Positions 19,049 to 27,125 of a stretch of DNA of 36,081 bases are shown here, in pieces. This DNA comes from a virus (lineage: Duplodnaviria > Caudoviricetes). Within the stretch, counting starts at the first letter, position 1. Each line of letters begins with the position of its first letter. Both the position numbers and the translations under genes were made by a program. The notes below the pieces were generated by a model. It was not told the origin of the DNA. It did not search any database and saw nothing but the letters and a program-made list of their open reading frames with translations. The DNA lies in IMG/VR virus record IMGVR_UViG_3300016667_000113, positions 1-36,081 of that record, one strand, 5' to 3'.

Positions 19049-19536
19049 TGTTACCTATCGTTGCTGGAATTGTTGCCAACCTCATTAACAACGGCATGCA
19101 CAAGGTTGCAGACCAAGTGATTGAGAAAGGCGTAGACGCTGTGCAGGAGAAGCTTGGCATTGAGCTCAAGCCTGAAGGGGAAGCCACCCCCGAATACAAC
19201 GACAAGCTCAAAGCAGAGGCTATGAAACATGCTGAATTCATGGCTGAGCTGGACGAGAAGAGCACACAACGTGCTACGGATATGTACATGAAAGACGAGG
19301 GGACACGCAAGTTTAGCCAAGCCTATGCCTGGTTTATCACCGCTGTGTCGTTCCTCTATTTCTTCATGGTGTCGTTCATGCCCATTGAGAACCGCAACCG
19401 TGACTTCATCAACATTATTCTCGGCTTTCTTATTGGCACGGCTGTGAACTCGCTCATTCGTTTCTTCTACGGGTCTAGTAACAAGAGCCAAGAGGCTGTA
19501 GACCAGAAGCAAAAGGAGCAAGGAAACAATGGTTGA
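19048..19536 (+). CDS. putative holin
   Basis: Two clear TM helices plus hydrophobic N-terminus, FFYGSS motif; directly upstream of endolysin. Confidence 0.7.
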   Translation: MLPIVAGIVANLINNGMHKVADQVIEKGVDAVQEKLGIELKPEGEATPEYNDKLKAEAMKHAEFMAELDEKSTQRATDMYMKDEGTRKFSQAYAWFITAVSFLYFFMVSFMPIENRNRDFINIILGFLIGTAVNSLIRFFYGSSNKSQEAVDQKQKEQGNNG

Positions 19537-20179
19537 AGAAGCTCATCTCAAAGCTGCTGGCGTCAAAGACCCCGCTAAATGGATTGACGCTGTAAGAGTC
19601 ACCTGTGAGGAGTTTGAGATAAATACGCCTCAACGCATTGCCTCTTTCTTGGCTCAGACGGCCCATGAGTCAGGCGGCTACACAATGTTGTCTGAAAACC
19701 TCAACTACAGGGCTGCTACGCTGGCTGCCTGCTGGCCTAACAGGTTTGCTGAGCTTGGCCCCGATAAGAAACCAAAGAAGGACGCCAATGGCAAACTTAT
19801 TCCTACAGGCGTGGCTAATAGCATTGCAGGAAAGCCTGAGCTTATCGCTAATCTGGTGTACTCCTCTCGTATGGGCAACGGATCGGCAGAGACAGGAGAA
19901 GGCTGGAAATATCGTGGACGAGGCCTGAAACAGCTCACAGGGAAGGACAATTATGCACGTTGTGGCGCTTATCTTGGCCTTGACCTGGTGGGCAACCCTG
20001 ACCAGCTCCTTGAGCCTCTTCCAGCAGCCCGTAGTGCAGGATGGTTTTGGAAGACCAACAACCTGTCTACCTTTGCAGATGCAGGAGACATCAAAGGCAT
20101 GACCAAGAAGATAAATGGAGGCTTTATTGGTCTAGAGGATAGGGAAAAGAGATATAGAGCTGTTCTAGCAGCCTTCTAA
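19529..20179 (+). CDS. endolysin, glycoside hydrolase family 19
   Basis: FLAQTAHES, ENLNY, YRGRGLKQLTG, SAGWFW, TKKINGG signatures. Confidence 0.92.
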   Translation: MVEEAHLKAAGVKDPAKWIDAVRVTCEEFEINTPQRIASFLAQTAHESGGYTMLSENLNYRAATLAACWPNRFAELGPDKKPKKDANGKLIPTGVANSIAGKPELIANLVYSSRMGNGSAETGEGWKYRGRGLKQLTGKDNYARCGAYLGLDLVGNPDQLLEPLPAARSAGWFWKTNNLSTFADAGDIKGMTKKINGGFIGLEDREKRYRAVLAAF

Positions 20180-20180
20180 C

Positions 20181-20213
20181 AGAAAAGGGACTCAAACGAG
20201 TCCCTTTCTTTTA
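20181..20213. terminator. bidirectional rho-independent terminator between late and early arms
   Basis: AAAGGGACTC-AAAC-GAGTCCCTTT with A tract before and T tract after; between convergent genes. Confidence 0.85.
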
Positions 20214-20363
20214 TGTGAACAACAGAGCTATCTGAAAGAAGCCTAGAGAGATGACAACGGCGTTGCAAAACTCATATTCTTCTTCCTCTACCTCTACGAT
20301 GGCTTGATCGGTGTGGGAGATGCCAAACACCAATCCACCAGTAAAAGCAAAGTCAACAATCAT
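20211..20363 (-). CDS. hypothetical 50-aa protein (missing from ORF track)
   Basis: MIVDFAFTGGLVFGISHTDQAIVEVEEEEYEFCNAVVISLGFFQIALLFT; GGAG SD. Confidence 0.7.
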   Translation of the reverse strand: MIVDFAFTGGLVFGISHTDQAIVEVEEEEYEFCNAVVISLGFFQIALLFT

Positions 20364-20372
20364 TGTAGCTCC

Positions 20373-22283
20373 TTAGAAGCTCACTTCGCAGCCGCCTGCG
20401 CTACAAGCAAGCGTCTGCGTGCCTTCAACGTTGTCCGTGTTCTCAATAAATGAGTCCCAATCAATGTCTTGAGGCATTTTAGACGACAGGTCGTGGTAGG
20501 TGTATTCGTCGATGGTCTCATAAGGAGCCTGACGATAAGTGCCTCCGTCCATAGGCAGGAAAGACACACCCGTAATTTCATCGAAATGCTGCCACACCCA
20601 TGCACCCACTTCAGGCCATTCCTCTTCCTTGACGCTAATGGTGACTGAGGGCTTATGCTCACACCAATGACGCTGGAAGATGAGCCACAGCTTCAGATGT
20701 TCAATGGCTGTCAGGTCTTCACGCAACACAGCGCCTTTCTCAACCCGCATAGGGAAGCTAAACACCGTGGTGGAGTCAGGCTTCATCACACAAGGTTCAG
20801 ACGGGAACCCCTGCTGCTTCAGGAATGCAGTAAGAGGGTCTTTATTGTCAGATCGCACACGGCGGATGTAAAAGCTACTATGCTGAGGATGGATACCACT
20901 AGCCGTCCCTGTGAGCTGAGAAACAGTTCCTTCGGGCTTAACACAAGTGATAGCAGCACTACGATTGATGCCAATATTGTCAGCGAATTCAGCGTTTGCA
21001 GCAATAGCAACATTCTTCAGCTCCTCAAGGCGTTTAGGAAGGTCAAGGTCGTTAGGCGAGTTTAGCAGCATGTTATCCAAGATGCCAGTCATAGACACGC
21101 CCAACAGACGCTCTTCCTCGGTGTTGGTCTGCCAAATCTTACGCAGATATGGGAAGTGTGTCAACGTGCTTTGGAACGTGCCGAGAATGGTTGCCAACCT
21201 TACCTTGCGTTTGAGACTGTCCATTGTGTCATCCGAACGGACAGCAACAGAAGACAGGTTGCAAAACTGGTAAGGGCGAAGGATGATTTCAGAACAAGGA
21301 TTAGTGCCCCACTCTTTATCCAGCTCACGCCGTTCATTCTTAGCTGCTTGTAGCTCAGAGGCGTAACGGTTGAAAATGCCTCGCTCCCCAGAGTGGCTTT
21401 CATAAATGTTGCTCCATTCACGCATAAACTGACCGACATCTGGCTTCTGATTGTACACAGCCGAGTTGTTAGCCAAGGCACGCTGTCCCTGACCGTCCCA
21501 CCAATTCCCTGCTTTGGCGTGGGCCATGCGGTCGTCAGAGAGGTCTGACAAGCTAATCATAGCACTACGACGTACTCCACCAACCACAACGACTTCTCCG
21601 ATCTTACAGAGCAAATCGTGGGCTTCAATGGAGTGAAGCTTCCGACCTTTAGCTGCCTTAAACTTTTCCACTGTATATTTGAACAGTTCAACCAACGGCT
21701 CGGGGCCGCTGGCGCGTCCTCCAAAAGTTTTAAGCCGTGCACCTGCGGGACGAACTGACGAAACATCCCAACGAGGGATTTCACCTGCATAAAGCAATGC
21801 AATGAGTTGTCTAAGGCTCTTGGCCCAACCTTCCTTGGAGTCTTTAACCACAATGGTAGTAGCAGACTCAAACAACTGAGCAGGGATTTCAGGGAGTTTA
21901 GAGACATATTTCTGCTCCACAGAGAAGCCTACACCTGTGCCACAGAGCAGGATGTACATGGCTTCGTCAAAGGCTTTGGGGTCGTCAATGGGCAAATAGG
22001 AGCAGTTGTAGCCAGCAATGTTCTGGCGCTCCAAAGCCTCTCCAGCGGTCATAATGGAACGCATAGAGGGCAGCACCTCACGAGCATTAATGGCGTTGAA
22101 CAGCTCTTTACGGAGGCTGGGTTCAATGGTATAGCTGTGCTTGTCTTTCAGATGCTTTTCCATGAACGACATATATCGTTCTACGGTTTCGTCCCAATGC
22201 TCACGACGGCCTTTGTCGTCCAAAAAGCGGCTGTATCGGCTTTTTGCAATGTAAGTTTGGTAGGGGGTCATTTCAGTGGTCAT
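20373..22283 (-). CDS. nrdJ: class II (adenosylcobalamin-dependent) ribonucleotide reductase
   Basis: YNCS, VGGVRRSA, GTNPCSEI, FCNL, TCVKPEGT, C-terminal CSAGGC; no small subunit gene in window. Confidence 0.92.
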   Translation of the reverse strand: MTTEMTPYQTYIAKSRYSRFLDDKGRREHWDETVERYMSFMEKHLKDKHSYTIEPSLRKELFNAINAREVLPSMRSIMTAGEALERQNIAGYNCSYLPIDDPKAFDEAMYILLCGTGVGFSVEQKYVSKLPEIPAQLFESATTIVVKDSKEGWAKSLRQLIALLYAGEIPRWDVSSVRPAGARLKTFGGRASGPEPLVELFKYTVEKFKAAKGRKLHSIEAHDLLCKIGEVVVVGGVRRSAMISLSDLSDDRMAHAKAGNWWDGQGQRALANNSAVYNQKPDVGQFMREWSNIYESHSGERGIFNRYASELQAAKNERRELDKEWGTNPCSEIILRPYQFCNLSSVAVRSDDTMDSLKRKVRLATILGTFQSTLTHFPYLRKIWQTNTEEERLLGVSMTGILDNMLLNSPNDLDLPKRLEELKNVAIAANAEFADNIGINRSAAITCVKPEGTVSQLTGTASGIHPQHSSFYIRRVRSDNKDPLTAFLKQQGFPSEPCVMKPDSTTVFSFPMRVEKGAVLREDLTAIEHLKLWLIFQRHWCEHKPSVTISVKEEEWPEVGAWVWQHFDEITGVSFLPMDGGTYRQAPYETIDEYTYHDLSSKMPQDIDWDSFIENTDNVEGTQTLACSAGGCEVSF

Positions 22284-22325
22284 TAAATTCCTCTCTTTGT
22301 TATGTGTTTTTGGGGGACGAAGATT

Positions 22326-22739
22326 TTAATAAGCTTCGATGAGTTTGTCAAGATACCAACGGGCTTTTTTCAGGTCTTCTACACCATTCTTATCCATAAA
22401 TCGCATCAAATACTGCATAAGTTGTACATAATCTGAGGAAAAAAGAGGCACATACAAAGGCAACTCAGCCGATGCACTGTCCATCTTCTTCACAAGTTGC
22501 TCAATTACATCCCTCACTTCAATGCCCTTGTCTTCAAAGAGCATATAATGCTTTGGTTTACTTACAACATCATAACTTTCCATGTTTTCTCCAGGCAAAC
22601 ATCGTTTCACGTATTGTTTCACAAGTTCTTCATTCGGCTCCCAAAACTTCAAGTTGTGGGACATACATTCTTCACAATGAGCGTTCGGCCACATCATCTT
22701 GGCCAGCTTACATGTTGTGCATCTCTTTTCGGTTTCCAT
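22326..22739 (-). CDS. DUF3310/SaV-like protein with N-terminal Cys cluster
   Basis: DVVSKPKHY...YLMR...KNGVEDLKKARWYL; start placed at METEK (22739). Confidence 0.75.
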   Translation of the reverse strand: METEKRCTTCKLAKMMWPNAHCEECMSHNLKFWEPNEELVKQYVKRCLPGENMESYDVVSKPKHYMLFEDKGIEVRDVIEQLVKKMDSASAELPLYVPLFSSDYVQLMQYLMRFMDKNGVEDLKKARWYLDKLIEAY

Positions 22740-23493
22740 ACTTTCGCTCCAGATAAGGCAGACTAACAGGAAGCTCATCAAAACTTCCATCAACAACTTC
22801 ATTAAACATCCAAACACCAGCCCAGCTTCCGTTGGTTTGCGGTGTCAAGTAGTCTTCATCATGTCGATAACAAATGCCTGCGAACAAGCCTGTCATTCTA
22901 ACACCGTCTGCTCGACGGGCGTAAGCAATTCCGCGATCCTGTACGTGGCCCATTACACAACTCATGTGTTTTTTAGACAACAAAAGGGAAGGACTGCTGA
23001 CGGGACGGCCCATCACACCAGAAGTGAAAAAATGACAGTAAGCAATACCATCAATAACAACAGGCTCAAGAAAATCTTTAAACTCAAAACCATAGTCGGT
23101 AAGCTTGAAATCATGGTATCCGATGAGTCCTTCAAGTTTTCTATCGCTTTGGATGGCTCGTTGAATTCGTTCTTCATGGTTTCCACAGATAAAGACTAGA
23201 CGGGGCTTCCACTGTTTCTCTTTATTTGTCTTAAGACGTTTCTGCTCGTCCCAAATAGGGGACATAAGAGCTTTCATACCTGCGTGACCTGCTTCAATGT
23301 CAGCTTGGTATGTGCGTCCCTCAAAGCTTTTCTTTCCAACATCATAGACAGATAAACTAGGCATATCCCAGTGATCTCCTAAATGGACAATCACTTCTGG
23401 TTTTTTCTCTGCTGCGTATTTCCCAACCCATGTAAGATGTTCAAACGAGTTTCCTGGTTTACATTGGGTGTCTGGAATGACAAGATGCCTCAT
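22708..23493 (-). CDS. calcineurin-like metallophosphoesterase
   Basis: IPDTQ, HLGDHWD, GNHE, MGHVQ motifs. Confidence 0.85.
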   Translation of the reverse strand: MRHLVIPDTQCKPGNSFEHLTWVGKYAAEKKPEVIVHLGDHWDMPSLSVYDVGKKSFEGRTYQADIEAGHAGMKALMSPIWDEQKRLKTNKEKQWKPRLVFICGNHEERIQRAIQSDRKLEGLIGYHDFKLTDYGFEFKDFLEPVVIDGIAYCHFFTSGVMGRPVSSPSLLLSKKHMSCVMGHVQDRGIAYARRADGVRMTGLFAGICYRHDEDYLTPQTNGSWAGVWMFNEVVDGSFDELPVSLPYLERKYGNRKEMHNM

Positions 23494-23554
23494 TCATTTT
23501 CTCCGTACGTTTTTAAAATCCATTGTATTCTGTCCTGGGGTGTACCATAACCTC

Positions 23555-23791
23555 TTACCAATCCAGTTCTTCACCGAGTTCTTTGTTAAGACGCTCAATC
23601 TTCTCTTCTGTTGTCTCAAACTTCACTTTGTTACGGATGTCGTAGCCATAGATGCCAGACAGAAAGCTGATGAAGTCGTTCAACACCATGTCCCACGGAA
23701 TGCCATACTCGTAGTATTTGTCAAAATTCCAATCCCCATCTTCGGAGATGTGGGTAAACCCAAAACGAACTGTCCCATTATCATCGCTCAT
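23555..23791 (-). CDS. hypothetical protein
   Basis: MSDDNGTVRFGF...FISFLSGIYGYDI; GGAGG SD before internal Met. Confidence 0.65.
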   Translation of the reverse strand: MSDDNGTVRFGFTHISEDGDWNFDKYYEYGIPWDMVLNDFISFLSGIYGYDIRNKVKFETTEEKIERLNKELGEELDW

Positions 23792-24269
23792 TGCCAGATC
23801 CTCCAATCGTGCCTCGTTCCAAACGACCCTCAAGCTTTTCAATGTTCATCTTTGCAACGTCTGAGAGTTTCACGTTGTAAAGCTTTGCAATGGAGGCTAC
23901 AAACCAAAGGCAGTCTCCAAGTTCTTTCATCAAGTCTTGCTTAATTGGGAACAATTCTCGATTGCTGTCTCGTAGAAACTTAGCATAGACGCCTGCCACC
24001 TCGCCTGCTTCAGCAGCCAGCCCAGGAATCATGTACATCAAGCCCTTGGCAGAAGGCTTTGCATAGGTGAAAGCCTGTTCTTGATAGGCATCCAGATCGC
24101 TTAGATGTTCAATGTCAATACCGCTAAGTCCACTCATACGTTGTTCCTCTTCTATCTTCAAAATGTTAATGTAAGCTTTGATTTCATCTTGGTAGAGCTT
24201 CAAAAGACACTCTTCTGAAACATTATAAAACACTGTTAGAAATTCTATGGCTTGTTGTTCATAGGTCAT
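23781..24269 (-). CDS. mazG: MazG-like NTP pyrophosphohydrolase (possible internal start at 24137)
   Basis: GLAAEAGEV...KELGDCLWF...NIEKL...GSGNER. Confidence 0.85.
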   Translation of the reverse strand: MTYEQQAIEFLTVFYNVSEECLLKLYQDEIKAYINILKIEEEQRMSGLSGIDIEHLSDLDAYQEQAFTYAKPSAKGLMYMIPGLAAEAGEVAGVYAKFLRDSNRELFPIKQDLMKELGDCLWFVASIAKLYNVKLSDVAKMNIEKLEGRLERGTIGGSGNER

Positions 24270-24895
24270 TTGTCTTCCTCAAACAAAGAAGGACACAACT
24301 CCTTCAAAACAGTTTTACATTTCTCAGCCACTTCACGATGTTCCTTCTGTGTGGCCTGGTCACATCGAATGTCAATGTAATGCAGCCAGCTACGAAGTGA
24401 GCCGTTCATGTACATTCTACTGTACGTATTACCTTCTGGAAGGATTGCCCGAGCAACTTCCTTGGCTATTCCTTCTTTTAGCATACGCTCGTAGACAACA
24501 AGAACATGGTCGATGATGTCTTTCTGAGCTTCTTCCCACATTTTAGCAAGCTCTCTGTCCTGTGTGGGCAAGCTGTTCTGTCGATTCTTAGAGTCTTGCA
24601 TTCGGCATTCACGAGTGTCAAACAACGTAGCAGTTGCATAACGTTGGCTGAATTCTTGGAAGCTGAAGCTGCGATGACGCAAGATTTGCCTGGCAATGTC
24701 TCGTGGAGTTTCAATTTCCATACAGACATTCACCATCTCAAATGGACTCCAATGCTTGTTATCAACCAAGTACTTGAGAAGTTTTGAAGCCGTCTGCTTG
24801 TTGTCCTGATTGGCTGGATTGCTCACCCGAGCCATGTACGCCACTAAATTCTCCGCATCCGGAGTTGACCAAATCAATTTGACTTTTGAGCTCAT
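24266..24895 (-). CDS. thyX: FAD-dependent thymidylate synthase
   Basis: HWSPFE, QILRHRSFSFQEFSQRY (RHRxxxxxxxS motif), TQKEHR. Confidence 0.95.
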   Translation of the reverse strand: MSSKVKLIWSTPDAENLVAYMARVSNPANQDNKQTASKLLKYLVDNKHWSPFEMVNVCMEIETPRDIARQILRHRSFSFQEFSQRYATATLFDTRECRMQDSKNRQNSLPTQDRELAKMWEEAQKDIIDHVLVVYERMLKEGIAKEVARAILPEGNTYSRMYMNGSLRSWLHYIDIRCDQATQKEHREVAEKCKTVLKELCPSLFEEDK

Positions 24896-25043
24896 TCAGT
24901 TTTTTCTCCACTAATAGTTTAGCACCCTCTGTAAGACTCATGAGAAGAGCATATTGCAATAGGGAATTCCTTTCCTGCTCTGTCATGTCAAAAGTGTATG
25001 TTGCACTTCCGTCTTCATGCTCTTTTACCGAGATGATTTCCAT
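24762..25043 (-). CDS. hypothetical protein overlapping thyX 5' end
   Basis: MEIISVKEHEDGSATYTFDMTEQE; GAGG SD. Confidence 0.6.
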   Translation of the reverse strand: MEIISVKEHEDGSATYTFDMTEQERNSLLQYALLMSLTEGAKLLVEKKLNELKSQIDLVNSGCGEFSGVHGSGEQSSQSGQQADGFKTSQVLG

Positions 25044-25429
25044 AACTTTCGTTCCTCTCGTTCGTTCTGTGTCTTCAACCCATGACAGGTGTGACACAAC
25101 ACTTGAAAACCGTCTGCTTCACAGAACATCCGTTCAATGTAGACATCCCATGAAACAAACCCTTGCTTAACATCTACAACAGGGCTAATGTGGTCAACTG
25201 CTACATCTGCTCCTTTGAACAGCTTACCACAGCCTGCACATTTGTAATGGAAAATTTCCTTTCCTGTTGCTCTGTTTAGACGCTTACCGACACAAGCCTG
25301 CTTAAGAGCTTCATGCTTCTGAGGCCATCTACGAGTAGCTGCTCTCAATGCACTTTTGATGAAACTCTCAAACCTGCTTCGTGTCCATTGTCCTCCGTTG
25401 TGTTTCTTCTCAGACTTTTGTTTTCTCAT
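25025..25429 (-). CDS. HNH endonuclease
   Basis: CAGC...VDHI...QVLCHTCHGLKT; start placed at MRKQK. Confidence 0.8.
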   Translation of the reverse strand: MRKQKSEKKHNGGQWTRSRFESFIKSALRAATRRWPQKHEALKQACVGKRLNRATGKEIFHYKCAGCGKLFKGADVAVDHISPVVDVKQGFVSWDVYIERMFCEADGFQVLCHTCHGLKTQNEREERKLWKSSR

Positions 25430-25694
25430 ATTGATGCAAAAAAGTTCCAAAGGCGTCAGTGAACACTTCATCGTGATTGGTTTGACCCATTGAGAACATA
25501 ATGGCGTGTACAAGCTCGTGATAGAAGGTTTGCTCTGTCAGTTGCCTATTCATTCCCTCTCGGATGTAAATGATTTGAGTGGTAGGATCACAGCGTCCAT
25601 ATTCACTCATATCAGCACGGAAGGCCACAGTCCATTCAAAGCCTGCTAAATAGAAGGAACCTGGTAGTGTTGGTTTGTCGCTCTTAGGAGCCAT
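25410..25694 (-). CDS. HExxH zinc metallopeptidase-like protein
   Basis: TFYHELVHAI...HDE motif. Confidence 0.7.
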   Translation of the reverse strand: MAPKSDKPTLPGSFYLAGFEWTVAFRADMSEYGRCDPTTQIIYIREGMNRQLTEQTFYHELVHAIMFSMGQTNHDEVFTDAFGTFLHQYEKTKV

Positions 25695-26386
25695 AGCAGT
25701 TTCCCGTTTTCGATAGTACGTGCAACACCATCTTCTCCATTATCGTTGTAAGCTTTAACGCATACATCAAACATCTCCTTCTCTGTCTTACATTCACATA
25801 ATAGCTTATGTGCTTTGACAGGGCCAATACCCTTAATGCCAACAATGTTATCCACTCTGTCGCCTGTCAAGATTTGCTTGTAGAAGTTTAGCAATGCTTG
25901 CTCTTCAGTGACAAAATATTCCTCATGTTTGACAAAGTTGTAATGGTGTCCTGGTACTTGATCGAGGTCTTTGTCAATGGAGACAATGAAGCCGCCATTA
26001 GCAGTTGCTTCAATGGCAATGGCATCGTCTGCCTCCATTCCTTCCACCTCTGTAGCTCCCAAATCCACCAGATGCCTACGGATGGCGTCATAATGGATTG
26101 GACGCTTCATGTCCTTTCTGTTGCCTTTGTAGGGTGCTGTGACGGCAATGTCGTTACGGAAGTTTCCTTTGCCAGTGATATATGCCTTGTAATCGTCACA
26201 CTTCAACTGAGAAAACACAACGTCCATCACCAACTCAGTCACCCTTGCTAGACACACTTTTTCATCTACATCTTCCGAGGCAAAACCTGTTCTGTAGCAG
26301 ATGATGTCGGCGTCTAGCAGGGCTATTTTAGGACGCTCAGAGGGCGATGTCGTCAAGACTTTCCTCAGGCGGGACATAGGTGACAA
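25646..26386 (-). CDS. 5'-3' exonuclease (T7 gp6/RNase H-like)
   Basis: LLDADI, YKGNR, EADD, SIDKDLDQ, GDRVDNIVGIKGIGP. Confidence 0.9.
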   Translation of the reverse strand: MSPMSRLRKVLTTSPSERPKIALLDADIICYRTGFASEDVDEKVCLARVTELVMDVVFSQLKCDDYKAYITGKGNFRNDIAVTAPYKGNRKDMKRPIHYDAIRRHLVDLGATEVEGMEADDAIAIEATANGGFIVSIDKDLDQVPGHHYNFVKHEEYFVTEEQALLNFYKQILTGDRVDNIVGIKGIGPVKAHKLLCECKTEKEMFDVCVKAYNDNGEDGVARTIENGKLLWLLRATNQHYQVPSI

Positions 26387-26747
26387 GCTTGTTCACCCAA
26401 ATCTTCTTCACAGAAGGGGCATTGCCATGTAGCTTGCTCATCTTGTGCGTGTAAGCCGATACCACAGCACTCACTTCTGTACCGTTGCCAATGGCGTCAA
26501 TGGGCACAGCAGCATCTGTCTTGTTGTCCACAGGCTCAAACACAAACTTGCTCTTGCCAACGATGTAATGGCCCATGCTGTCCTTGTGCTTCACTTTGAT
26601 GCCAAGCTCAGTGAGTTTAGCCACATCATCGTCTGACAGCATACCAATGGTGCATTCAAACTTTTCGTTGGCTTCGTTAAACTTCTTATTGGGCTCTTTC
26701 ATCCACTTAGACCAAAAGAGTTGTCCTTCAATTTTCACGGGTTTCAT
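26337..26747 (-). CDS. putative single-stranded DNA-binding protein
   Basis: GQLFW...IGNGT OB-fold-like pattern, acidic C-terminus; AAGGA SD fixes start at MKPVK. Confidence 0.65.
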   Translation of the reverse strand: MKPVKIEGQLFWSKWMKEPNKKFNEANEKFECTIGMLSDDDVAKLTELGIKVKHKDSMGHYIVGKSKFVFEPVDNKTDAAVPIDAIGNGTEVSAVVSAYTHKMSKLHGNAPSVKKIWVNKLVTYVPPEESLDDIAL

Positions 26748-26769
26748 GTAGTTTCCTTTCTGGAAAAGT

Positions 26770-26910
26770 TTATTCAGGTTGTGTAGCAGTTTGAGCTTTG
26801 ACTTGTTCGTCAAGTTTTTGCAAAAGAACAAAGGCGCCTGTCTTAGAGGGCAGTTCTCCGAGCACTTGCAGGATGAATGCAATTTCGTTTTCTTCCAAAG
26901 ATAGAGTCAT
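26770..26910 (-). CDS. hypothetical 46-aa protein (missing from ORF track)
   Basis: MTLSLEENEIAFILQVLGELPSKTGAFVLLQKLDEQVKAQTATQPE; GAAAGGAAAC SD identical to that of the SSB gene. Confidence 0.7.
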   Translation of the reverse strand: MTLSLEENEIAFILQVLGELPSKTGAFVLLQKLDEQVKAQTATQPE

Positions 26911-26921
26911 AAAGTTTCCTT

Positions 26922-27125
26922 TCATTGTAAATATTTAGCTTCTCTGCTAATGGCATCCTCAGCAGCAGATTCGATGTGATCGAGAGCTGCTGTGAGAATT
27001 AGGTAGACATCTACGATGTCATAATTGTCGCTGTGCATCAATACAAAACTCTTGTCACTGATGTTCAGCAAAATCTGTCCCTCAATGGGTGTCTCTCCAA
27101 GATTTTCCAATTTTGTATTCTCCAT
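26922..27125 (-). CDS. hypothetical protein
   Basis: 67 aa overlapping polA 3' end by 44 nt; fills gap in operon. Confidence 0.6.
   Translation of the reverse strand: MENTKLENLGETPIEGQILLNISDKSFVLMHSDNYDIVDVYLILTAALDHIESAAEDAISREAKYLQ

Noticed and set aside
23494-23552. Mini-ORFs MVHPRTEYNGF and MDFKNVRRK
   Set aside because: Too short to distinguish from chance; may be a decayed gene
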